From: Polyangiales bacterium
GTDB taxonomy: Bacteria; Myxococcota_A; Polyangia; Polyangiales; Ga0077539
Direction of reading: 5' to 3'
Assembly: GCA_044229975.1 (NCBI GenBank)
Contig: JBGARZ010000020.1
Coordinates: 108,036-172,035 of the forward strand
DNA: 64,000 bases
Part shown: positions 39,967-48,527 of the stretch, in pieces
How positions within the stretch are numbered: position 1 is the stretch's first letter
Layout of the letters: each line of letters starts with the position of its first letter
Position numbers and translations under genes: made by a program
The notes under the pieces: generated by a model
What the model saw: only the letters and a program-made list of their open reading frames with translations
Told to the model about the DNA's origin: nothing
Database searches by the model: none

Positions 39967-40025
39967 TCGCTAAACACCCCCCTCGCAGAGTTGTTAGGGG
40001 TTGGAAGGGGAACGGTTCAGACCGA
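39967..40025 (+). promoter_or_regulatory. Conserved motif copy 2
   Basis: TCGCTAAACACC-CCCCTCGC-AGAGTTG-TTAGGGGTTGGAAGGGGAACGG. Confidence 0.65.
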
Positions 40026-40093
40026 CGCGGGCACCGGGTGGTGCTCGTCGTCGCGACGACCATCCCGCGCCCGCCATGGTCGAACGCTCGCGT

Positions 40094-40157
40094 GTCGATC
40101 TCGCTAAACACCCACATCCCAGAGTTGATAGGGGGGAAGGGGGACGGAACGCTGACC
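40094..40157 (+). promoter_or_regulatory. Conserved motif copy 3
   Basis: GTCGATC-TCGCTAAACACC-CACATCCC-AGAGTTG-ATAGGGGGGAAGGGGGACGG, upstream of the DUF932-like gene. Confidence 0.65.
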
Positions 40158-40286
40158 GATACGACGCACGGGCGGTCGTCACGGAGAGCCCCGCAACACC
40201 CGCTTCGAGAACCCCCGACCATTCACCGAGAGCACGCGCCCTTGCGCTCTCTCACCCCTCTCTATTCACCGAAAGGAACCGTCTCC

Positions 40287-41366
40287 ATGAACCACGCCGT
40301 CGTCCCCGCCAACATCACCACGCTCGCCCGAACGTCCATCGCCGCCAACACCTCCTCGCCGCCGCCTACCCGGATGCTCAAGGGCCGCTCGTTCGCCAAC
40401 GTGTTCGAGTCCGTGATGACTCGCGCTGGCGAGATGGTCCCCGACCGTGTCGTCCACGTCGCCGACCTGCGTATGACGCCCGAGGGCCACGTCGAGCTCC
40501 CCGGCGGCACGCGCTACCGCCTCAACGACTGGGCTCGCAAGGGCCTCGCCTCGATGCTCGGTCTCCGCTGGGAGACGTGGTTCAAGTCGGCCTCGGGTGA
40601 GGAGCGCGCCGAGGAGGTCAACCGCCGCTTCAGCAGGATTCCGGGCGAGAAGAAGATCCGTGCGTGGCGCGACGACGACGGTGTGGCCGATGGCATCGCC
40701 AGGGCCTTCCTCGCCCCGGGCTTCACGCCCATCGACGACGCCCGGATCTTCGAGCGCATGAACACCATGCTCAAGGGGCTCGTCAGCGAGTACGTGTGGA
40801 CCGCCACGGAGTTCACCGACTCGACGAGCAACTTCACGGCGGTCCACACCGAGGCGTTCGACCTGGACGGCGACCGGCTGCACCCCGGGTTCCATCTCAG
40901 GAACTCAGAGGTGGGTGGGGCGGCGCTGTCCCTCGATGACTACGCCATGAGGCTCGTCTGCATGAACGGGCTCATGGTGCGGGTCGGCGGCAAGCGCTCC
41001 CTCTACCGCACGCACCGCAGCATCGAGGACGACCAGCTCGCGGCTGCCCTCGTGATTGCCGTGGGTCGCCTTCCCCAGCGGTGGCAGGTCTCCTTGGAGT
41101 GGATGCGCGCTGCCAAGGGCCTCGCCGTCGCCCACCCCGACGACGCGGTGGCCGCGATCCTCGGTGATTCCACCGAGGTGCCGAAGGCCCTCATCGAAGA
41201 GGCGCAGCGCGTGGTGCTCCGCGACGGGGATGCGACGCGCTTCGGCGTCGTGCAGGCCATCACACTCACGGCGCATCAGTCGAACCGTAACCCCGACGTG
41301 CGGTTCGCCATGGAGCGCCTCGCGGGCGACTACCTCGCGGCCACGCCCGTCCTCACGGCAGCGTGA
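40287..41366 (+). CDS. DUF932-like phage/plasmid protein
   Basis: RAFL...FTPIDD, GFHLRNSEVG, RLVCMNGL; RBS AAAGGA. Confidence 0.7.
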   Translation: MNHAVVPANITTLARTSIAANTSSPPPTRMLKGRSFANVFESVMTRAGEMVPDRVVHVADLRMTPEGHVELPGGTRYRLNDWARKGLASMLGLRWETWFKSASGEERAEEVNRRFSRIPGEKKIRAWRDDDGVADGIARAFLAPGFTPIDDARIFERMNTMLKGLVSEYVWTATEFTDSTSNFTAVHTEAFDLDGDRLHPGFHLRNSEVGGAALSLDDYAMRLVCMNGLMVRVGGKRSLYRTHRSIEDDQLAAALVIAVGRLPQRWQVSLEWMRAAKGLAVAHPDDAVAAILGDSTEVPKALIEEAQRVVLRDGDATRFGVVQAITLTAHQSNRNPDVRFAMERLAGDYLAATPVLTAA

Positions 41367-42235
41367 CCACGCACCCGGTCGGGCCCCTCATGGACATCAT
41401 CCATGAGGGGCTCGCGGGACCCCCATCGAGGACCGCCGTGATCCTCCCCGACAACTACTCCGTCCGCGGCGCTCGTGGGCGCTTCGATCCGCAGGCGTGG
41501 ATCCGCCATCTCGCGGACCATCCCGCCGACGTTGCTCACCAGATCGAGCTCCTATCCCTCCTCGACGACGAGGTGGTTGAGACCCTGCTGGCCGGCGTGG
41601 ATGTCGGCCCGAGGTACCCGGTGAGGGCGTCGGGCTCGTCCCTGCGTTGGGTGCTTCCGCGGGTGTTCCGTCGGCCCCGTCCGGTGACTGTGCTCGACGT
41701 GAGGTTCTCGACGCACCTCGCGGCCGTACTTGGTCTCGCGGCGTGGGGCGAAGGGCCCGCTGCACGGCGAGTCCGGTCGGGACTCCGCGAGTTGCACCTC
41801 CCGCAGCGGGCTCAGTGGTGGCTGAACGACAGCCTGGAGAGCTTGAACAACCTCGTGCAGTTCACCGCGCCCGGTACCCTTTGGCACCCGGCCGCGACGT
41901 TGCCGCGACGGTTCTTCGTGATGCCGAAGATGAACGAGCTCGACCTCAACGGGGCGGGGCTTGGTGACTTCCGAGTCGCAACCACCGAGTGGAACCTCCC
42001 CGTCGTGACGCGCCTCTCCCTCTCGGGCAACAGCCTCACGAGGGTGCCTGACGCGGTGCTGCGGCTCGACACCCTGGAGGTCCTGAACCTCATGTGCAAC
42101 CCCATGAGGGAGGTGCCCGAGGCCCTCGCGGCCCTCCCGAGGCTGCGCTACCTCGACCTGCGGCAAACCGGCGTCATGTCGCTCCCGGCAGCCTTCGCCG
42201 CCCGCCCCGGACTCCATGTCCAGCGCGGGGACTGA
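41363..42235 (+). CDS. Leucine-rich repeat protein
   Basis: LSLSGNSLTRVP, LEVLNLMCNPMREVP, LRYLDLRQTGVMSLP; GTGA overlap with the DUF932-like gene. Confidence 0.75.
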   Translation: MTTHPVGPLMDIIHEGLAGPPSRTAVILPDNYSVRGARGRFDPQAWIRHLADHPADVAHQIELLSLLDDEVVETLLAGVDVGPRYPVRASGSSLRWVLPRVFRRPRPVTVLDVRFSTHLAAVLGLAAWGEGPAARRVRSGLRELHLPQRAQWWLNDSLESLNNLVQFTAPGTLWHPAATLPRRFFVMPKMNELDLNGAGLGDFRVATTEWNLPVVTRLSLSGNSLTRVPDAVLRLDTLEVLNLMCNPMREVPEALAALPRLRYLDLRQTGVMSLPAAFAARPGLHVQRGD

Positions 42236-42379
42236 CGCCCCCAGACACACGCTCCGACTCGGGTGCCCCGCCACCACGAGTCCGTCCCGATCACGAACGC
42301 CAACCACCTGGGCGGGTCGCCGTCCTTCACGACGGCGCAGCCGCCGCTCCATGTCCGAACGAAATGAGACACGTCCGTC

Positions 42380-42937
42380 ATGAACAACAAGCCACTCTCA
42401 TCTGTTCCGTTCCCGAACTCCACCCCGGAAGGGAGGTTCTCCCTCGACGACTCCGACGTGCTGCCCATCAAGTACGCCGGGCACGCGGTGGTGGGCGTCC
42501 TGGTGGGGTGCCGTCCTCAGTGGGTCTCTGTCGCCGTGCGAGACGGGACGTGTGGCGGGTACCACCTCGCACCCCGGCAACCGCGCGACCGCCGCGGCAT
42601 GATGGTCGCCCTCGCGGGCCACGTCGCCCTGTCGATCTACGCCGAGAGGGCAGTCATGGCTGCGGACCTCGCCACATGGGCCGAGGTCACCGACCTCGCC
42701 AGCTTCGCAGACCTGTTCACCCCGGAGGTGCGTGACGACGATCGACAGTTTCGCGACCTCTACGAGCGCCTCTGCGCCGAAGTCCGGGAATTGCTCCTGG
42801 CGCACTGGGCGAGCGTCCTCGTCCTCGCCACCGAGCTCGCAGACTGCGGGCGACTCGAAGGCCCCGAGCTCACCCGGATCGTGCGGGGGGTCACGTCCGC
42901 CCGCCGTCGTCCCGAACTGACGACGCCCGCCGGATGA
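42380..42937 (+). CDS. Stand-alone M41/FtsH-peptidase-like protein with degenerate Zn motif (paralog A)
   Basis: IKYAGHAVVG in place of HEAGHA; MVALAG; VRELLLAHWASVLVLATEL..CGRLEGPEL like the FtsH C-terminus. Confidence 0.6.
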   Translation: MNNKPLSSVPFPNSTPEGRFSLDDSDVLPIKYAGHAVVGVLVGCRPQWVSVAVRDGTCGGYHLAPRQPRDRRGMMVALAGHVALSIYAERAVMAADLATWAEVTDLASFADLFTPEVRDDDRQFRDLYERLCAEVRELLLAHWASVLVLATELADCGRLEGPELTRIVRGVTSARRRPELTTPAG

Positions 42938-43078
42938 AGCGTCTCCAGTGCCCTTCCCACCCACACCAACGAGTCGCCCTCAACCACCCATGACCATCAA
43001 CACTCCCGTTCGATCCCTCTGTTGCGCCTTCGAAACGGCCCTGAAGCCACTCTCTTCAGGAATCCAGGAGCCCCGATC

Positions 43079-44317
43079 ATGACCACCCATCAAGCCTCCC
43101 CCGTCCCGTCGTCCATCCCGACTGAGATCGACGTGAAGATCGACGACCTCAAGTTCGACCCCAAGCTCCAGACGCGGGCGAAGCCCCACGACCGGCAGTA
43201 CGTCATGGGCCTCTGCGAGGTGATCCGGGAGCGAGGGTTCCAGGATTCCATCGTGGTCTTCCGTGATCCCACCGACGGGAGCCAATGGGTGGCGGACGGC
43301 CACGCCCGGGCGGATGCCGCGAGGTCGGCCGGATGCGCCACGATCCGGGCCCGCGTCCACGAAGGTGGACTTCGAGAGGCCTTCGAGTTCGCCCTGGGAG
43401 CCAACGCCACGCACGGTGTCCGCCGGACCAACGCGGACCTTCGCCACACGGTACTGACGGCTCTCGCAGACCCCGGTACGAAGACGTACACGAACGAGAA
43501 GATCGCTGATCTGTGTCACTGCTCCGACCACTACGTCGGCGTTCTCCGCAACAAGCTGGCGGCGACGAGTGGCAACCCGGCGGAAGCTCGCCGCACGGGC
43601 AAGGATGGGAAGTCCTACCCGGCGAGGCGTCCCCGCAAGGCGGCAGTGCCGACCAGATCGAAACCGGCCAGAAGTTCCTCGGTCGCGGTGTCCCCTCCGC
43701 AGACCAGGACCGACTCGCTCGCATCGACGGACGGGGCAGCGGGGTCCAGCATCGCCATCACCAAGGGAGTGCCCACGGAGGCGAGCCACGATGGTCTGAG
43801 CGCCGAGGTGACGACGCCGACCAACTCGACGCACGTCATCCACGAGGTCGTCGGGGTCATCCCGGTTGAGCCGCCCGCGGCCCTCCTGGGAGAAGGCCCC
43901 CACGTGGTCGCCACCCCGAGTGAGGGTGAGCCCACGGCGATGCCGACCGACGCCACGGTGGTCTCCACCCCGGAGGACGTGATCCCGTCCATCACGATTC
44001 CCTCGGCGCTGGGCGAGGACGAGGAAGCTCTGTTGGGACAGCTCCTCAGCATCTGCGCGAAGATTCACGCCCGTCGCCAGCGCCAACCGGAGGTGACCGT
44101 CCGGGAGGACCTCGTTCGGGCGGCCCGCGAGAAGGTCGCGCGATGCCTGGACGAGTGCTACCCGGATACGCGGGACACCGTTCACGGGAAGCTCACCAAC
44201 GCCCCGGCCCGGTTCTACGAGATGATGGGTTACAACCCCCGTCCCGGTCACGGGAGTGACGAGGCAATTCTGGGCGTGCTCTCGGCGGAGATCGACCAGG
44301 AGCGCCTGACCACCTGA
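43079..44317 (+). CDS. ParB/Srx-like N-terminal domain plus HTH and low-complexity tail
   Basis: LQTR, IVVF, WVADGHAR, ANATHG.RRT.AD, NEKIADLCHCSDHYV; RBS AGGAG. Confidence 0.75.
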   Translation: MTTHQASPVPSSIPTEIDVKIDDLKFDPKLQTRAKPHDRQYVMGLCEVIRERGFQDSIVVFRDPTDGSQWVADGHARADAARSAGCATIRARVHEGGLREAFEFALGANATHGVRRTNADLRHTVLTALADPGTKTYTNEKIADLCHCSDHYVGVLRNKLAATSGNPAEARRTGKDGKSYPARRPRKAAVPTRSKPARSSSVAVSPPQTRTDSLASTDGAAGSSIAITKGVPTEASHDGLSAEVTTPTNSTHVIHEVVGVIPVEPPAALLGEGPHVVATPSEGEPTAMPTDATVVSTPEDVIPSITIPSALGEDEEALLGQLLSICAKIHARRQRQPEVTVREDLVRAAREKVARCLDECYPDTRDTVHGKLTNAPARFYEMMGYNPRPGHGSDEAILGVLSAEIDQERLTT

Positions 44318-44594
44318 CCGCAGGTAGATGCGCGCCTGACCCACTACGGGGCTCCTCGGTGTTGACCGAGGAGCCCCGGCCCGTCGTCCTCGCTGCGAGG
44401 GCGGGGCCGGGGAGCGCCGTGGTCGTCCGCGACCGTCCAGTACCTCAACGAGGACGGGGACACGGGTGAGCGCCGAGGGGCCAACGACGCGGAGAACCGG
44501 AGGGTGATGGTCGCGAGAAAAAATCTCGGGAGGGGGCTCATGCGGGCGTAACGCGCAGTGCAGGACACCAGACCCCCTGCAGAAGGTAAAGCAA

Positions 44595-45455
44595 ATGACG
44601 ACCAACGACGCTATCTCGAATCCGGTCTCGGCCACGCTCCCTGTGCCGGAGGTACCCTCGCTCCTTCTCTTCCGTTCCACACTGGCAATCAAGATGGCCG
44701 GACACGCGGTGGTCGGAGAGGCCATGGGCCGTCGCCCGAGGTCGGTGTGGTTGAATCCCCGTGACGGGATGTACGGAATTTACCGCATCGATAGGCCCAA
44801 AGCGGACGCTGAACTCAGCGCGATGGTCGCCCTCGGTGGGTACGCCGCCCTGAGCATCGCGGATCTGATGGACGAGCCCACGTCCAAGGGCTTCAGGGAG
44901 TCTGCTCTGTGCACCGACGCACACCACGCCTCCATGTACTTTCCCACGGAGGAGAACAACCGCCCTGCACTGGCGCTGCGGCTCCTCCCCTTCGTTCACG
45001 ACTTGCTGCTTCGGCGATGGAACAGGGTGAAGATCGTCGCCGCGTACCTCGATGAACACGGAATGATCGACGGTCCGACCCTGGGACGTCTCGTCTCTGC
45101 GGCCGACAACATCGAAGTGCCGGGCCCTCAGATCGAGGATGCTCAAGTGTTTCCGATCGCCAGTCCCGCGGTCCCCATGAAGGCCGTCGATGCGCATGAG
45201 AGTGCCGTGGTCCGAGACGCAGAGAGCACGCAGGTCAACCCCGCCAAGCCCCAACGGATCGCAAGCGAGTACGATGTGGATCTCCTCCGTGAGGTTCTCG
45301 AAGGCATCGCATCCAAGGAGGTGTCCGTCGAGGAAGCGGTGGCCTTCCTGAAGCCCACGCCGATGCAAGAGATCGCCCTTCGTTCTTTCGCCCGTGAGGG
45401 TTCCACCCTCGCCAAGGCCCTCGACGCCTTCACCTACACCCCGTCGCAGAAGTAG
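44595..45455 (+). CDS. Stand-alone M41/FtsH-peptidase-like protein with degenerate Zn motif (paralog B)
   Basis: IKMAGHAVVG, MVALGG.AALSI, VHDLLLRRWNRV..VAAYL.EHGMIDGPTL; extra C-terminal VLEGIASKEVSVEEA segment. Confidence 0.6.
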   Translation: MTTNDAISNPVSATLPVPEVPSLLLFRSTLAIKMAGHAVVGEAMGRRPRSVWLNPRDGMYGIYRIDRPKADAELSAMVALGGYAALSIADLMDEPTSKGFRESALCTDAHHASMYFPTEENNRPALALRLLPFVHDLLLRRWNRVKIVAAYLDEHGMIDGPTLGRLVSAADNIEVPGPQIEDAQVFPIASPAVPMKAVDAHESAVVRDAESTQVNPAKPQRIASEYDVDLLREVLEGIASKEVSVEEAVAFLKPTPMQEIALRSFAREGSTLAKALDAFTYTPSQK

Positions 45456-45898
45456 GCCCGAGCCTCCTCCGTCGTTCCCACGAACACGGAGAGATCGAGC
45501 GACGGCCCTCCACTCGACTCCACCTATTCGACTGTCTCGTTCCGGGGCCGGTGTGGCCGTACTCACCGCGGCTCTGGACCGCCCCGGACCGCTATCCGGT
45601 GCTCCTCCTCGACGGCCCCAACCAGGCCAAGCGGTCTACCCACCCGGTGCTCTACGACGCCATGAAGTTGTTGCGACGCTGGCGCTGGAAGGTGGTGGGG
45701 CAGTGGCTCGTCGGGACTCGTACGGGAACGTGATCATGACAGCCAGCGCGGCGTCGGACTGCCGTTCCCCGCCGACGTGGCCCGCATTCTGGACACCTGT
45801 TCGCTCAGCACATCGTGACCGGCTGAGGTCTCGGGTCCCTCGTTGGCTGGATGCAGCCCGGAGCGGACCGCGACCACCCCAGGTCGGGGAGGGTGTCG

Positions 45899-46453
45899 CT
45901 ACAGCCCCTTCAGAAACGATCTGAAGGTCAGGGCAACGCCCGTTGGGAGCGCCGAGACAGTTCCAATCCCAGGAGCCGAGGAAGTTCCAGTCCCAGGGAT
46001 CTGCCCTGTCGGAACCAGTTGGCGCTCTGGAACGGCTTGCCCCTCTCGGATAAGCGCTTCGACGAACCCCTCCAATTCAGGGTCCACGTCCAAGGCGAAC
46101 CGTAGTTCATGCTCAGCAACGTGCGGGAACCAGGACACCCCGAACTTCTTCCGAAGACTTCCCCCGACTTGGGCAGCACGCTCGATCTGCCCACCATGTT
46201 GAAGGTAGAGCGCCGCGACAAACGCAACAACTCGCCGCTGTTCCTCCTCACTCTTCCGGATGCACAACTGACAGGCCTTTTCGATAGCCTTCTGCTGTGA
46301 GTCGAGATTGACTCGGCCTTTTAGCACTTGCTGGCGATCGCTCCAGGCTTGCCAGCCGCTCTGAATCCTATTCGCTGCCCCTTGAACCATATTGGGGTGC
46401 TTGAGGGCGTAGTCCATTACCTTCACGGCGATAGAAACGAGGTCGGCCACCAT
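45899..46453 (-). CDS. Hypothetical protein (lower GC)
   Basis: RBS AAGGA before ATG 46453; no recognised motif. Confidence 0.5.
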   Translation of the reverse strand: MVADLVSIAVKVMDYALKHPNMVQGAANRIQSGWQAWSDRQQVLKGRVNLDSQQKAIEKACQLCIRKSEEEQRRVVAFVAALYLQHGGQIERAAQVGGSLRKKFGVSWFPHVAEHELRFALDVDPELEGFVEALIREGQAVPERQLVPTGQIPGTGTSSAPGIGTVSALPTGVALTFRSFLKGL

Positions 46454-47119
46454 GGTCCTTCGTACCAACCTCTTCTCCGCGCCGCAAGAGCCCGTCCGCA
46501 GGTCGGAGAAGCCACGAGGTCGTCCGCTGACGGGTGGGGAGTCGCACTGGGATGGGACCATGCTCGCCTCGGGTTGAACCACGGCGACCTCGCGCGAGGT
46601 TCGATCGGATCGGACCTGCCACGACAGGGCCTTCTGGCCCGACCCTCAGCAGCCTCGTGACCAGCAAGGGCGTTCGCCTCCCGGATCACCCGCTGGTCGC
46701 CCCCCACACGCCGACCCTGACCGCGCCGCCGAGCTCCTCGACCGGGTCCTGGTCGTGCGCGTCGGGCGGGTCGCCGCTCAGGGTCGAACCGTTTGAGCCT
46801 GCCGCCCTACGAGTTGCCCCTCGCGCCGTCCTCACCGACACGCGAGCCTACACCGCCGACGACGCCTACACCGACGGCCTCGGTGCTCGACCTCGAAGGG
46901 CTCCCGCGGGCCTCACCGCGGCGTCCCGCGGGGCGTGTAGGGGCGGCGACGGCCTCACGGCCGAGAGGTCTCGGGGAACGCCCTGGCGGGGCCAGGGAGG
47001 CCCGCCTGGGGCGGTAGGAATCCTCGGACTCCACTTGGGGCCCTCCGTTCGTTGGGCGTCGGTTGCCGTGGCCACCAGTTGTTCCCTACGATCAGGCACG
47101 GAACGAAGGAGAGGTCGAG

Positions 47120-47308
47120 ATGAACGGAACCGAGTACGGGCACTGCGCCAAGGGCGGCCACACGAAGGACCCCGACCAGAACTACGTGTGCGGCAAACAC
47201 CTCAGCCCCGAGGTCCCCAGTCTCTACACCCACTGCGCCAAGTGCGGCATCAGCTTGGATGAGGAGTCACGCCGTTACGTGTGCGATGCGTGCCTCGTCC
47301 CACGATAG
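47120..47308 (+). CDS. 62-aa Cys/His-rich micro-protein with duplicated Zn-ribbon-like unit
   Basis: Strong RBS AAGGAGAGG; HCAKGGH...YVCGKHL / HCAKCG...YVCDACL. Confidence 0.6.
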   Translation: MNGTEYGHCAKGGHTKDPDQNYVCGKHLSPEVPSLYTHCAKCGISLDEESRRYVCDACLVPR

Positions 47309-47339
47309 TAGCCGCCCGTCCCTCCAGGAACGCCCCGGC

Positions 47340-48104
47340 ATGATCCAGCCCTTCGCCCAAAACACGCTCGACCGGCTCTGGGCGACCTACACTCCCGCGG
47401 ACACCACGAAGGGCTCGCTCCTCCAACCCGAGTACCTCCTCGCGGCCGAGGGGCCGTACAAGGTGTACTTCGCCCCGCTCGGTGTCGTCCCGGAGGCGAC
47501 CGCCCGCGTAGTCCTCCTGGGCCTGACCCCAGGCCTCGCCCAGACCCAACTCGCAGCCAAGACCTTCCTCAACGCCTCCCCTGAGGTGCGGGCCGACACG
47601 ATCGAGTTCGGACGACGGCTCCGTCGGGAGGTGGCGTTCGGGGGGTCGATGCGTGACCTCCTGTGCAGGATGCTGGACGAGATTGACCTCCCCAGGTTGC
47701 TTGGCCTCTCGCGGAGCCAAGAGATCTTCGCGGCTGACGGGGACGACGTCGCCACGACTTCCGCGTTGGTCTACCCAGTATTCACCGGCCCGACGCTGAA
47801 GAATTTCGGCGGCTCTGCCGACCTCGCCCGCGTGGAGCTGTTCCGCGAGATGCTGACGACACTCCTGGCCCCGCGGCTGGCCGCCGCCCCGCGGGCGCTG
47901 ATCATCCCGTTCGGGAAGGCCGCAAGCACCGGGGTGCGCTTCCTGGTTGAGCAGAACGCCGTGGACGAAGCGCAGGTGCTCTGGGAGTTCCCGCACCCCT
48001 CGGGGGCCAACGGCCACCGTGTCCGGCAGTTCGCCCAGGCCAAGGCGGGGCTCCGCAGCCGCGCCGTTGCGTGGGCGATGGCATCGTGGCCGAAGGGCCG
48101 GTAG
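47340..48104 (+). CDS. Uracil-DNA glycosylase superfamily protein
   Basis: VVLLGLTPG (motif A), IIPFGK, FPHPSGANGHR (motif B). Confidence 0.7.
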   Translation: MIQPFAQNTLDRLWATYTPADTTKGSLLQPEYLLAAEGPYKVYFAPLGVVPEATARVVLLGLTPGLAQTQLAAKTFLNASPEVRADTIEFGRRLRREVAFGGSMRDLLCRMLDEIDLPRLLGLSRSQEIFAADGDDVATTSALVYPVFTGPTLKNFGGSADLARVELFREMLTTLLAPRLAAAPRALIIPFGKAASTGVRFLVEQNAVDEAQVLWEFPHPSGANGHRVRQFAQAKAGLRSRAVAWAMASWPKGR

Positions 48105-48112
48105 GTCGGCGC

Positions 48113-48247
48113 GGTGAGAACGAGACGCTCGTCCGCGCCCTGGACGACCTCCAGAGGGAGGGGCGGATCGCGAAGGTCAGCCGGGGCTGGAACCTCGTGG
48201 CGGGTGAGGCCGACGACGAGGAGACCGCCAGCACGGTGTCGGACTGA
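48113..48247 (+). pseudogene. Possible 3' remnant of an AAA/winged-helix gene
   Basis: Frame NETLVRALDDLQREGRIAKVSRGW...* resembles a wHTH tail; no start. Confidence 0.25.
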
Positions 48248-48527
48248 CCTCTCCCCGTTCCGTTCCCTGCGACACCATGCGCGCCCAGAACCGGAACAGA
48301 GTGCGGCCCGTCCCTCGGGAGAGACCGACGGTCGAGGGCTCTGTTCCGCGTACTCGGCTGCACCCTCGCCGGGTGCGGCCGCAGCCGGTGCACGGGAGGA
48401 CGGGCAGAGGCTTTCATCGGGCGGAAACACTCCCGCTGCGTGCCGCACCTGAGGTAGCTTCGCGCCCGGGGAAGCGTCGGAACCTTCGCCACCAGCACCA
48501 ACGACGCGCCGTGGAGATGATCGCCGC

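Noticed and set aside
37494..40157. CRISPR-like or attC cassette array from the three conserved motifs
   Set aside because: Irregular spacing, non-palindromic, variable middle; fits a promoter or operator better.
45456..45898. Small ORFs or ncRNA between pseudo-M41 paralog B and the next gene (also 46600-47060)
   Set aside because: No convincing RBS, motif or structure.
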